Positions 1 through 8,812 of a stretch of 32,000 bases of DNA are shown here, in pieces. The position numbers and the translations under genes were made by a program. The notes under the pieces were generated by a model. That model had not been told where the DNA came from and did no database searches. It worked only from the letters and a program-made list of their open reading frames with translations. Every line of letters begins with the position of its first letter. Position 1 is the first letter of the stretch. Source of the stretch: Phycisphaera mikurensis NBRC 102666 (GTDB taxonomy: Bacteria > Planctomycetota > Phycisphaerae > Phycisphaerales > Phycisphaeraceae); NCBI RefSeq assembly GCF_000284115.1, contig NC_017080.1, positions 2,730,001 to 2,762,000 on the forward strand, written 5' to 3'.

Positions 1-86
1 TGCTGCGCTTCCTGCAGAAGACGCGGGCGGAGATGCGGAGCGCCGAGGACGCGCCGCGGGACGCCGGCGGGTACCTGCTCAATTGA
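1..86 (+). CDS. 3' end of an unidentified upstream gene (partial; ...LRFLQKTRAEMRSAEDAPRDAGGYLLN*)
   Basis: Frame 3 is open from the window edge to TGA at 84-86. Nearly every codon ends in G/C, as in the confident genes. The stop overlaps the TTG start of the next gene (TTGA). Confidence 0.35.
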   Translation, partial: LRFLQKTRAEMRSAEDAPRDAGGYLLN

Positions 87-637
87 GTCCGGCGGCTGCG
101 CGGTCGGTGGAGCTTCGGCGCTGCGGATCCACAAACGCGGTCGCGGCGGCGTGGTGCCGCGGCGGCGGGGGCCTGCCGGTGTGCGTCTCGGCGTCGACGC
201 AGACCGGTGGACGCGGGCAGTGGGGGCGGGCGTGGCTGAGCCCGGCGGGCGGGTGCTGGTTCACGCTGGCGGTGTCGGGGAGCGTCGGCGACGGCGAGGG
301 CCTGCCGCTCGCGGCGGCGGCGGCGGTCGGGCGGGGGATCCGAGCGGCGACGGGGCTGGAGCCCGAGCGGGTCGCACCCAACGACCTGCTGATCGGCGGG
401 GCAAAGGTGGCGGGGCTGCTTTGCGAGCGGCTGGCGCTGGCGGGCGGGACCGGGGGCGGAGGCGGCGCCACGCTCGTGGGCGTGGGGATTAACGCGAACG
501 CCGTGCCGGCGGCGGGCGCAGCGCTCCGCCGCCCCGCCGCCTCGCTGGCGGCGGCGGCGGGGAAGCGGATCGACCTGCCGCGCCTCCGGGAGGCGTGCGT
601 CGCCGAGCTGCTCTCGCTGCGGATGCCCACGCCGTGA
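83..637 (+). CDS. birA: Biotin--protein ligase-like protein (BirA catalytic domain only, 184 aa)
   Basis: BPL motifs in order: GSTN, QTGGRGQWGRAW (GRGxxGRxW), APNDLL, GGAKVAGLLCE, GVGINA. TTG start overlaps the upstream stop (TTGA). Its own stop overlaps the next start (GTGA). Confidence 0.7.
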   Translation: MSPAAARSVELRRCGSTNAVAAAWCRGGGGLPVCVSASTQTGGRGQWGRAWLSPAGGCWFTLAVSGSVGDGEGLPLAAAAAVGRGIRAATGLEPERVAPNDLLIGGAKVAGLLCERLALAGGTGGGGGATLVGVGINANAVPAAGAALRRPAASLAAAAGKRIDLPRLREACVAELLSLRMPTP

Positions 638-2388
638 CGCGGCCCGCCGCCTCGCTCCGCGGCCGGCTCCTCGTGCTGATCATGGTGGCCGTCGGCTGCT
701 TGCCGGTGCTGCTCTTCCTCGGGGATGCGCCGCTGCGGGGCAGCTCCGAAGCCCGGTACGCCCGGGTCGCCCAGCTGACCGCGGCGGAGCCGGCGCCGGC
801 GGGCGCCGCACCGCGGTGGCTGGTCCCGCGGACGGACACCGGGCCGCACCTCACCAAGCCGCCGCTCGCCTACGCGGCGATGGCGGTGTCGATGCGGGTG
901 CTCGGCGAGACCCCGCTGGCGGCGCGGCTGCCGGGGGCGCTTTCGGCGTGCGGCGTGCTGGCGCTCCTGGGCTTCGTCGCCCTCCGGCTGCACGGGCCGG
1001 GCGTGGCGGCGGTGGCGGTGGGCGTGCTCGCGATCACGCCGCTGCACGTCGCGGTCGCTCGGGTCGCGACGACCGACGCCATGCTGGCGCTGGCCTCGCT
1101 GGGGACGCTGGCGGCGGGGCTGCTCGCGCGGGCGGCGGGGCCGAGCCGCCGCGTCACGCTGCTGTTCCACGGCTCGATCGCGCTGGGCCTGCTTGCGAAG
1201 GGGCCGATCGCTCTGCTGCCCGCCGGGCTGGTGCTGGGGTGGCTCGCGCTGCCGCCGGCGGACCGGGCGGCGTTGCGGCGGCTGCGCCCGGGGGTCGGCC
1301 TGCCGCTGGCCTGCCTGCCGCTGGCGGCGTGGGCGGGTGGAGTGGCCTGGCACGACCCCGCGGCCGCGGAGCTGTGGTGGCAGGAGACGGTCGGCCGCGT
1401 GGGCGCCTCGGCCGACCACCCCAAGCCTTGGTGGTACCTGCTGCCCTTCTTCGCGCTGGGGCTGTGGCCGGTGACGCTGCTGCTGCCGCTGGCGGGCCCG
1501 CGGCGGGCCCTGGCGGCGGCCGCCGCGGGCGCGAGGCGCAAGCACCCGGCGTCGCTGCTCGCCCCGGCGGCCGCCGCCCCGCTGCTGCTGTTCACGCTGT
1601 TCACCGGGAAGCTGCCGACCTACCTGCTGCCGTGCGCCGCGCCGCTGGCGTGGTGCGTCGGGCTGCGCTTCGGGCGTGGCGAGCGGGAGGTGCCGGCCTC
1701 GGGCGTGGCGAGCCTGGCCGCGTCGTTGGCGCTGCCCGCGGCGGCCGTGGCGGTGCTCGCGGCGCGGCCCGGCCTCGCCGGGGCGGATTGGATCGCCTAC
1801 GCGTCGCACCCGGCGTTGCCGCAGGCCGCCGTCGGCCTGGGCGCCGGCTGCGTGCTCGTCGCGACGCTGGCCCTCGCTTGGCGTGGCCGCTCCCGCGGCG
1901 CGGTGCCCGCCGGGGCGGCTTTCGCCGTCGTGGTCGCGTGCTGGGGCGTGCTCGCCCGGACCGAGGCCCGGGTGCTTACCGACACCGCGACCCCGCGCTG
2001 GGTCGCCGAGGCGGCCGCCCGCAGCGGCCTCGCGTCGCCGCAGGTCTGGACCGCCGGCTTCGACGATCCCGCGCTGCCCTTCGTCACCGGGAGGCCGACG
2101 CGGAAGGTGCACCTGCCGCTGGATCGCCGACGCTGGGCCCGGCTGGTGGAGGTCCCGCGCGTGCTGGCGGCCACGCCGGCGGCGTGGGAGGCGATGCGGT
2201 CGGCGATGCCCAACGAGCACCGCCGGGCCTTCGAGGATCTCGGCCGCCTGCCGATGCGGGACGTGCCGCCGCCCTGGTCCGGGGTCCGCCTGTTCCGCGT
2301 CACGCCGACGCCAGCCGCAGCTGATCCCGCACCACCGCCCGCATCGCCGGCACCTTCAGCCAAGCCGAGCGGCGACGCTGATCGGTGA
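634..2388 (+). CDS. Glycosyltransferase family 39 / ArnT-PMT-like membrane glycosyltransferase
   Basis: N-terminal SSEARYARVAQ ... TKPPLAY motif typical of ArnT/PMT_2 enzymes, followed by many hydrophobic helices. The GTG at 634 (in frame with the 595 ORF) overlaps the birA stop; start choice is uncertain. Confidence 0.7.
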   Translation: MTRPAASLRGRLLVLIMVAVGCLPVLLFLGDAPLRGSSEARYARVAQLTAAEPAPAGAAPRWLVPRTDTGPHLTKPPLAYAAMAVSMRVLGETPLAARLPGALSACGVLALLGFVALRLHGPGVAAVAVGVLAITPLHVAVARVATTDAMLALASLGTLAAGLLARAAGPSRRVTLLFHGSIALGLLAKGPIALLPAGLVLGWLALPPADRAALRRLRPGVGLPLACLPLAAWAGGVAWHDPAAAELWWQETVGRVGASADHPKPWWYLLPFFALGLWPVTLLLPLAGPRRALAAAAAGARRKHPASLLAPAAAAPLLLFTLFTGKLPTYLLPCAAPLAWCVGLRFGRGEREVPASGVASLAASLALPAAAVAVLAARPGLAGADWIAYASHPALPQAAVGLGAGCVLVATLALAWRGRSRGAVPAGAAFAVVVACWGVLARTEARVLTDTATPRWVAEAAARSGLASPQVWTAGFDDPALPFVTGRPTRKVHLPLDRRRWARLVEVPRVLAATPAAWEAMRSAMPNEHRRAFEDLGRLPMRDVPPPWSGVRLFRVTPTPAAADPAPPPASPAPSAKPSGDADR

Positions 2389-3244
2389 GCGTGACCCGCC
2401 CCCGGAGCGCCGGTTCGGCGGCGAAGACGCGCCTGATCTTCGTGGGGTGGTTGCACTGGCTCGAGCGGTGCAGCAGCACGACCCGCCGGGGGTTGCCGCC
2501 CCCCGAGCGTTCGCGGATGGCGGCCACGGCGGCGAAGGCCTGCTCGTTGGAGAGGTGGCCGGAGTCGGAGAGGTTCCGCCGGTTGACGAAGCTCGGCCGG
2601 CTCGACCGCGTCGTCATGCCCGCGTCGTAGTTGCTCTCCAGGCAGAGGAGGTCGACGCCGGCGAGCAGGGCGATGAGTGCCTCGGGCACGTGGCCCAGGT
2701 CGGTCGCGTAGCCGACGTGCACCGCGGCGTGCCGCAGCGAGGCGGCCCACCGGGCCTCGAAGCGGTAGCCGGTCGTGCCCTGCCGGTCGTGCTGGAGCCG
2801 GGTGGTCTCGGCGCGCACGCCGGGGATCACGCCGAAGGGTTCGTTCTCGCTGAAGGTCTGCACCAGCCCGGCGGCGAACAGCCGGTTCGCGCCGCGCAGG
2901 CGGCGGAGCTCGTCGAGGTGCCAGCGGTGGCAGAACAGCCGGGCCCGCAAGCCGACGAGCGCGGCCACCCATCCCGGCCGGAAGTGGTCCCGATCGAAGT
3001 GCGTGACGCACACCGCCTTCACCTCGCAGAGGTCCGAGCCCGCCTGCGCCAGCCGGGCCGCCGTCGCGCGGGGCGAGAACCCCGCGTCGATCAGCACGAC
3101 GCCCGCCTCCACGCGGAGTGCCGCGGAGTTGCCGCCGGAGCCGGAGCCGAGCACGCAGAGCGACGGACGCGGGAGCGGCACCGGCCGCGGACGGGCCGTG
3201 CCCCCGTCGCAGCGGGTCTCGAAGAGCGCGGGGGCGAACGACAT
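2300..3244 (-). CDS. MBL-fold metallo-hydrolase (YycJ/PhnP-like)
   Basis: LGSGSGGNS, VTHFDRDH (variant of HxHxDH), ATDLGH, LESNYD, GHLSNEQA, LLHRS motifs. ATG at 3244 is preceded by AGGAGG 8 nt upstream on the minus strand. The longer ORF to 3424 is Arg/Pro-rich junk. Confidence 0.8.
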   Translation of the reverse strand: MSFAPALFETRCDGGTARPRPVPLPRPSLCVLGSGSGGNSAALRVEAGVVLIDAGFSPRATAARLAQAGSDLCEVKAVCVTHFDRDHFRPGWVAALVGLRARLFCHRWHLDELRRLRGANRLFAAGLVQTFSENEPFGVIPGVRAETTRLQHDRQGTTGYRFEARWAASLRHAAVHVGYATDLGHVPEALIALLAGVDLLCLESNYDAGMTTRSSRPSFVNRRNLSDSGHLSNEQAFAAVAAIRERSGGGNPRRVVLLHRSSQCNHPTKIRRVFAAEPALRGRVTLTDQRRRSAWLKVPAMRAVVRDQLRLASA

Positions 3245-3443
3245 CCTTGTCCTCCTGGGGCGGGTGCGGGCTGGCGGCGGCTCCCTGCCGCGCGGAGCCA
3301 TCATTAGGGCCCCGGCCGACGTGCTCCGCGGACCCACGCCCAGGCGCCGGCACGGCGGGTGGATCCGCGGATCCCGCCGCCCCACCGGGCCTGCTGCAAT
3401 CGATCGAATCCGCCCGCGTTGCACCCTCCGGGCGAGGGCCGAT

Positions 3444-3449
3444 TAGGAT
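3444..3449 (+). promoter_or_regulatory. -10-like box TAGGAT upstream of the DUF1800 gene (leadered transcript)
   Basis: One of the few AT-containing hexamers in the 3245-3501 gap and fits TAnnnT. The coding-frame ATG lies about 50 nt downstream. Confidence 0.35.
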
Positions 3450-3501
3450 GCCGACGTGGGCATTCGCCCGACCCCCTCCCGATCCCTTGGAGTCTGGAGC
3501 C

Positions 3502-6500
3502 ATGTGCTTTCCCCCGATCGCGGCCCACGCGATGCAGCGCCTCCGGCGCCGGCGCGTTCTCGCTGCGCTCGGCCTCTCGCTGGCGGCGACCGCGGCGGCG
3601 CGGCCGGCGGAGATCCGCTTCCCGGTGGACCGGACGGAGGCGACGGCCGGAAGCCCGCGGATGATCGCGTTCGAGCTGCCCGAGGCCGCCGCGGCGGACG
3701 CCCGCTTCGAGGCGTCGAGCTCCGACCCTTCGGTGCTGAGCATTCTCGAACCCGGTCGCGTCCTCGCGGGCGAGACGCTGGGCTTCCTGCGGGTGCGGGG
3801 GGAGGCCGACGGCTCCGCGAGCGTGGCGCTGGGCGACGCGAGCCTCCGGGTGGACGTGCGGCCTCAGCTGCCCGGGCCGCTGACGCGGGCGAGGACGCCG
3901 CGCCTCGTGTGCCCGCCGGCGGGCGCGGCGGTCTGGGGCACCGTCGGCGTCGGCGCGCGCTGGACCGACGACCTGGGCACCGGCGTGCCCGCCGAGGCGC
4001 GGCTCGTGCTGCCCGACGGGACCCGCGTCGAGCCGGTGGAGCACGCCGGCCCGGGCAGCGACGCGTGGGTCGCCTTCGACCTCGACACCGCCGGTTTCGC
4101 GCCCGGCCCGCTGCGCCTCGTCGTCGAGCGGCCGGCCGGAGGCACGCTCCCCCCGCTCCGCAGCGAGCCGATCGTCGTCCTCGTCGCGGACCCCGCGACG
4201 CTGGAGCTTCGGGAGGGCGAGGCGGAAGCGGGCCTGCCCGGGCCGCTGCCGCGACGGCTCGGCGGCGACCGCAAGCCCGCAACGATCGACGACGACGAAG
4301 CCGCGGGCGGCAGAGCCTTCGCGGGCAACTCGCCCCGGCCCGCCTTCGCCTACCCGCTGCGCGTCGAGCGAGCCGGCTGGCACCAGGCCTTCGCCCGCGT
4401 GCGCGGCTCCTTCTCGACCGGCGGCTTCCCGGCGCTTGGCTTGGGCGTGGACGCGGAGCAGCACCCACGCGTGGCCGGCAACTCGATGGGCACCCGCTGG
4501 CACCGCATCGCGGTGGGCTCGCCGGTGTACCTGGAGCCGCCGGTTGGGGACGAGCCCACCGACGACCGGGAGGCGCGGCCCGATTGGCTCGGCGAGGATC
4601 AGCTGCTGCTCTCCTACCGCTTCGTCAACGACCACGCGATCGGCGGGGGCGGGAAGGATCGCGCGAAGCGGACGAGCGAAGACCGCAACGTCCGCATCGA
4701 CCGCTGGGAGATCGCTCGCCTGCCCGCGGGTCCGGGGCTGACGCTGCCCGCGGCCGCGGAGGCGGCCGCCGACGCCGGGCTCGACCGCGGCGACGAGGCC
4801 GACCGGCTGCATGTGAGCCTCGACCCGCGCCCCGCGGGCTGGCGGGTCTCGGGCGGCTTCGACATCGGCGGACTCGCCTCGGCACCCGGTGCCGGGGACG
4901 AGGGGCCGGCGCCCTCGAACACGCTGTTCCTCAACGACCGCCCGCTCTCGACGCAGACCGGCCGCGCGCCACGGTTCCGCGTCCCGGCGGAGGCGCTGCG
5001 GCCGGGCACCAACCGGCTCCAGCTCCGCTCGCGGCTCGAGCTCGCCGAGGCCTGGACGCCGCCGATTGCGGTCCTGGCGCCGCAGACTTCCGGCCGCGCG
5101 GCCGATGCCGCGCACCCACCCTCCGCCGCGGCTCGCTTCGCGGTGGACGGCGGCGCCTGGCGGAGGCCGGAGGCAGACGAGGCGGGCCCGGCGCTCTCCG
5201 TCCGCCGCGCCGGGGGCGGCGCCTGGAGCGAGTACGCCTTCCACAGCAACGCCACCGCCCTGCTCGAGCTGCCGCCGTCGCTTCAGGGCGCCTACACCGG
5301 CTCCGTGGAGGGCCGCCCGCAGTGGTTCGAAGGGCCGCCGAGGTTCGCCGTGGAGCTCGTCGCCGGCGGCCGGACGCGGCCCCTGGGGGAGCACGAACTG
5401 CGCGGACCGGAGGCTTCCTTCGGCGAGGTCGAGCTCCCGCCGGGGCCCAAGACCCTGCGGTTCTCCTTCGTGAACGACCGGTACGACGCGAAGAGCAAGC
5501 GGGACCGCAACCTGTTCCTCCGGGCGATCCGTCTCGAGCCCGCCTCCGGACCGGACCAGGCGGCGCCCGCGGGCGAGGTCCGCTGGCCCGCGCCCGGCGC
5601 GACGCTGGGCGGCTTCGCCTGGATCGTCGCCGACGTCGCGGACGCCCGCGGCGTCGTGCGGGCTTGGCCGATGCTCGACGGCCGGCCGGCGGGTCCGCCG
5701 GTGAACGTCGAGCCCGGAGCGGGACGGATCCTGGTCCCGCTGGTGCTCCGCGGCATCGCGGGGGAGCACGCGGTCTCGGTGCGGCTCGAGGACGCGGCAA
5801 AGAACCGCACCGACACCGCGGCCGTTGCGGTGCGGGTGGGGGGCGACCGCGGCGAGCGCCTCGCCGAGGCGGTCTTCGTGCTCAACCGCCTGGGCTTCGG
5901 ACCCGAGCCCGCCGCCCTCGCCGATGCGCTGGTGGAGGGCCCGCGGGCGTGGGCGCTGGCGCAGCTGCGGAAGCCCGGCGGTCCCGGCGCGGCCGCCGCC
6001 CTGGCCCGCGCCGCGTCGGTGGCCTCCGACGACTTCGCCGGCGGCCAGGTGCAGCGGCGTGGGCTCTCGTGGCTGCTCGCCGTGCCCGACCCGCTGAAGG
6101 CGCGGCGGGTCGCTTTCCTCGACAACCACTTCACGACGTGGATCCAGAAGGTGCAGCCCGAGCGGCAGGCGGCGTCCTTCGGCGACCTGGTCGAGGCCGC
6201 CGACCGGCCCTTCTTCGAGCTGCTCCTGGCCTCGGCCACCAGCCCCTCGATGCTGCGCTACCTCGACCAGCAGCGGTCCTTCGTCGGCCGGATCAACGAG
6301 AACTACGCACGCGAGATCCTCGAGCTGCACACCGTCGGCGTGCACGGCGGCTACACGCAGCAAGACGTCACCGACCTCGCGGCGGTGCTGACCGGCCTCA
6401 CCGCCGCCCACGCCGTCGACAACGCGCCGATCGCCAACCGCGTCCGCCAGGCGTTCGCCTTCGTGCCCGGCCGGCACGACCCCCGCGCCGCGGAGGTGTT

Positions 6501-7281
6501 CGGCCTGGACCTGCCGACCGCCACCAACGCCGAGGGAGGCGTCGACGCCGTCGCCGCCTTCGATCGGATCCGCCGCGTGCTCGAGGCGCTCGCCGCGCAC
6601 CCGGCCACGGCCGCCTACCTCGCCGACAAGCTCGCCGACCACCACCTCGGCGCCGCCGAGGCGGGCGACCGCCGGGACGCGGGCGTCCGCGGTGCGATGG
6701 CCGAGGCCTTCCTCCGCCACCAGGGGCGGCTGCCCGAGGTCCTCGACGCGATGGTGGAGCACCCGGCTTTCGCCGCGGCGATGGCCCGGGCGGTGGAGTC
6801 GGGCCCGACCGCGGACGCCCGCGTGGCGCGCCCGCTCGACGCCGCCGTCCGGCTGCAGCGGGTGATGGGGCAGGTCGAGCCCAACGCGGCCGCCAGTTAC
6901 CTCGCCGGGGCCGGCTTCGCCCTCTTCAACCGCGAGACCCCCGACGGCTACCCCGACGAAGACGCCGCCTACGCCGACTCGAACGCAACGCTGCAGCGCT
7001 GGCGCTACGCCGCCCGCGCCGCCGCCCGCATCGCCAACGGCCTGCCCTACGCGCTGCGCAAGCCCACGCCCGACGCCGCGTCGACGCCCGCGAAGCTGGC
7101 CGCCTGGCGGCAACGCGTCGTGGACACGCTCGCCGGCACGCTCACCGGGGGCTTGCTCTTGGAGCCGTCCAACGCCGCCGCCCTCTCGGTGCTCGAGGCC
7201 GCCGGCGCGTCGGTCAGCGACAGAGACGTGCGGACCGTCGCGGCCCTGGTCTCCCAGCTGCCCGAGGCCGCGCTCCGCTAG
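3502..7281 (+). CDS. Secreted DUF1800-family protein with ~780-aa N-terminal Ig-like/CBM-like extension
   Basis: Signal-like MQRLRRRRVLAALGLSLAATAAA. C-terminal half has DUF1800 hallmarks (LNRLGFGPEP, FLDNHFT, ENYAREILELHTVGVHGGYTQQDV). Start is 3502 or 3532. The ORF upstream of 3502 is low-complexity. Confidence 0.8.
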   Translation: MCFPPIAAHAMQRLRRRRVLAALGLSLAATAAARPAEIRFPVDRTEATAGSPRMIAFELPEAAAADARFEASSSDPSVLSILEPGRVLAGETLGFLRVRGEADGSASVALGDASLRVDVRPQLPGPLTRARTPRLVCPPAGAAVWGTVGVGARWTDDLGTGVPAEARLVLPDGTRVEPVEHAGPGSDAWVAFDLDTAGFAPGPLRLVVERPAGGTLPPLRSEPIVVLVADPATLELREGEAEAGLPGPLPRRLGGDRKPATIDDDEAAGGRAFAGNSPRPAFAYPLRVERAGWHQAFARVRGSFSTGGFPALGLGVDAEQHPRVAGNSMGTRWHRIAVGSPVYLEPPVGDEPTDDREARPDWLGEDQLLLSYRFVNDHAIGGGGKDRAKRTSEDRNVRIDRWEIARLPAGPGLTLPAAAEAAADAGLDRGDEADRLHVSLDPRPAGWRVSGGFDIGGLASAPGAGDEGPAPSNTLFLNDRPLSTQTGRAPRFRVPAEALRPGTNRLQLRSRLELAEAWTPPIAVLAPQTSGRAADAAHPPSAAARFAVDGGAWRRPEADEAGPALSVRRAGGGAWSEYAFHSNATALLELPPSLQGAYTGSVEGRPQWFEGPPRFAVELVAGGRTRPLGEHELRGPEASFGEVELPPGPKTLRFSFVNDRYDAKSKRDRNLFLRAIRLEPASGPDQAAPAGEVRWPAPGATLGGFAWIVADVADARGVVRAWPMLDGRPAGPPVNVEPGAGRILVPLVLRGIAGEHAVSVRLEDAAKNRTDTAAVAVRVGGDRGERLAEAVFVLNRLGFGPEPAALADALVEGPRAWALAQLRKPGGPGAAAALARAASVASDDFAGGQVQRRGLSWLLAVPDPLKARRVAFLDNHFTTWIQKVQPERQAASFGDLVEAADRPFFELLLASATSPSMLRYLDQQRSFVGRINENYAREILELHTVGVHGGYTQQDVTDLAAVLTGLTAAHAVDNAPIANRVRQAFAFVPGRHDPRAAEVFGLDLPTATNAEGGVDAVAAFDRIRRVLEALAAHPATAAYLADKLADHHLGAAEAGDRRDAGVRGAMAEAFLRHQGRLPEVLDAMVEHPAFAAAMARAVESGPTADARVARPLDAAVRLQRVMGQVEPNAAASYLAGAGFALFNRETPDGYPDEDAAYADSNATLQRWRYAARAAARIANGLPYALRKPTPDAASTPAKLAAWRQRVVDTLAGTLTGGLLLEPSNAAALSVLEAAGASVSDRDVRTVAALVSQLPEAALR

Positions 7282-7473
7282 GAGCGACGCGGCGGCGAGA
7301 CCGCCCGCAACGGCACCGCCGCGGGCGGGCGGAACCCGCAGCCCGCCCTCACCGCCCCCGGAACCTCCAAGCCCCCCGGTCCTCTCTCCGGTTCCCCCAC
7401 GCGGCCGAACCCCTCTGCCCTGCGAACGAACGCCGCTCGCCCCGGCCCTCCAACCTCCCACCCCTCCAACCCC

Positions 7474-8766
7474 ATGCGTCTGACCCGCCGCTTCTTCCTG
7501 CGTTCCACCGGAGCCATGGCCGTCTACTGCGCCGTCAACCCGCTCGACGCGGCGCTCGCCGCCTCAATGGACGACCCCGCCGCGCACGTCACCGCGAAGA
7601 ACAAGACCCTCGTCGTCGTGTTCCTCCGCGGCGGCATCGACGGCCTCAACCTCGTGGTGCCCCACGGCGACCCCGCCTACGCGAAGCTGCGCCCGGGGAT
7701 CGGCGTCGCGGCACCGGGCAAGGAGGGCGGGGCGCTGGACCTCGACGGCTTCTTCGGCATGAACCCCCGGGCCGCCGCGCTGATGCCCGCGCTCGCCTCC
7801 GGCGAGGCGATCGCCCTGCAGGCCGTCGGCTACCCCGGCAACAGCCGCAGCCACTTCGAGGAGCAGGACGTCTGGGAGACGGGCGTCAGCGGCAACACCA
7901 TGGGCCACGACGGCTGGCTGAACCGGCACCTGCTCACCTCGACCGGGCACGGCCCGATCCGGGCCGTCGCGCTGTCGGACTCGCTTCCACGCATCCTCCG
8001 CGGCGAGGCGCCGGCCTTCGCTTTCCCCGGCTTGACGGACCTCGGCTTCGGGGGGCGTGGCAACGCGGAGCAGGAGGCTTCGGTGGTCGCCGCCCTCGAG
8101 CAGGCGCACGCCGCCGTCGCGCCCGGCGGCACGCGTGACGCGATCGACCTCGTGCACGCGGCCGGACGCGAGACGCTCGAGGGCGTGAAGGTGCTCCGCG
8201 GCGTCGCCGCCCAGCCCTACGAGCAGTCCGCGAGTTACCCCAGCGGGCAGCTGGGCCAGCGCCTCGCCAGCGCCGCCCGGCTCATCAAGGCCGGCGTCGG
8301 CCTCGAGGTGGTGCAGATCGACTACGGCGGCTGGGACACGCACAACCGCCAGGGTGATGGCGCCCAAGGCAATTTCGGAACCAAGGTCGAGGAGCTCTGC
8401 GGCTCCCTCGCGGCCTTCTCGGAGGACCTCGGGCCCCGGAGCGACGACACCCTCGTGCTCACGCTGTCGGACTTCGGCCGCACCGCCAGGCAGAACGGCA
8501 CCGCCGGCACCGACCACGGCTGGGCGAACGCGATGCTGGCGATGGGCGGGCCCGTCGCCGCGAAGAAGGCCCTCGACCCCGGCCGCGGCCCGGTGATGGG
8601 GGCTTGGCCGGGGCTTGGGCCGGAGCAGCTGCACCAGAAGCGAGACCTTAAGCACACCACCGACTTCCGCGACGTGCTCGCGGAGGTGGTGACCTCCCAC
8701 CTGGGCAACGCGAACCTGCCGAAGGTGCTGCCGGGGCACGCGTTCTCGCCGGTGGGGCTGCTGTAG
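7474..8766 (+). CDS. DUF1501-family (sulfatase-like) protein with Tat-type signal
   Basis: MRLTRRFFLRSTG twin-arginine signal. LVVVFLRGGIDGLN, SHFEEQD, GGWDTH, GTDHGWAN motifs typical of DUF1501. Usual partner of DUF1800. Confidence 0.9.
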   Translation: MRLTRRFFLRSTGAMAVYCAVNPLDAALAASMDDPAAHVTAKNKTLVVVFLRGGIDGLNLVVPHGDPAYAKLRPGIGVAAPGKEGGALDLDGFFGMNPRAAALMPALASGEAIALQAVGYPGNSRSHFEEQDVWETGVSGNTMGHDGWLNRHLLTSTGHGPIRAVALSDSLPRILRGEAPAFAFPGLTDLGFGGRGNAEQEASVVAALEQAHAAVAPGGTRDAIDLVHAAGRETLEGVKVLRGVAAQPYEQSASYPSGQLGQRLASAARLIKAGVGLEVVQIDYGGWDTHNRQGDGAQGNFGTKVEELCGSLAAFSEDLGPRSDDTLVLTLSDFGRTARQNGTAGTDHGWANAMLAMGGPVAAKKALDPGRGPVMGAWPGLGPEQLHQKRDLKHTTDFRDVLAEVVTSHLGNANLPKVLPGHAFSPVGLL

Positions 8767-8812
8767 TCGGTGGTCCGCGGCGCGGGGGGCGGGAAGAGCG
8801 GTCGGGGATCCC

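Noticed and set aside
79-2220. 713-aa minus-strand ORF and several other very long alternate-frame ORFs (e.g. 3304-7461 minus, 3456-8138 plus, 8322-10226 minus, 18277-21093 plus, 18716-21046 minus, 20601-23852 minus, 10999-12669 minus)
   Set aside because: All are extremely Arg/Pro/Gly-rich with no recognisable motifs. Each lies opposite to, or out of frame with, a gene that has clear family motifs and G/C-ending codons. These are typical shadow ORFs of stop-poor high-GC DNA.
3456-3458. A GTG exactly 6 nt after the TAGGAT box, which fits the leaderless pattern and opens the 1560-aa ORF 3456-8138
   Set aside because: It is in the wrong frame relative to the DUF1800 protein and translates to Arg/Gly/Pro junk. 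The box more likely drives a leadered transcript for the ATG at 3502 or 3532.
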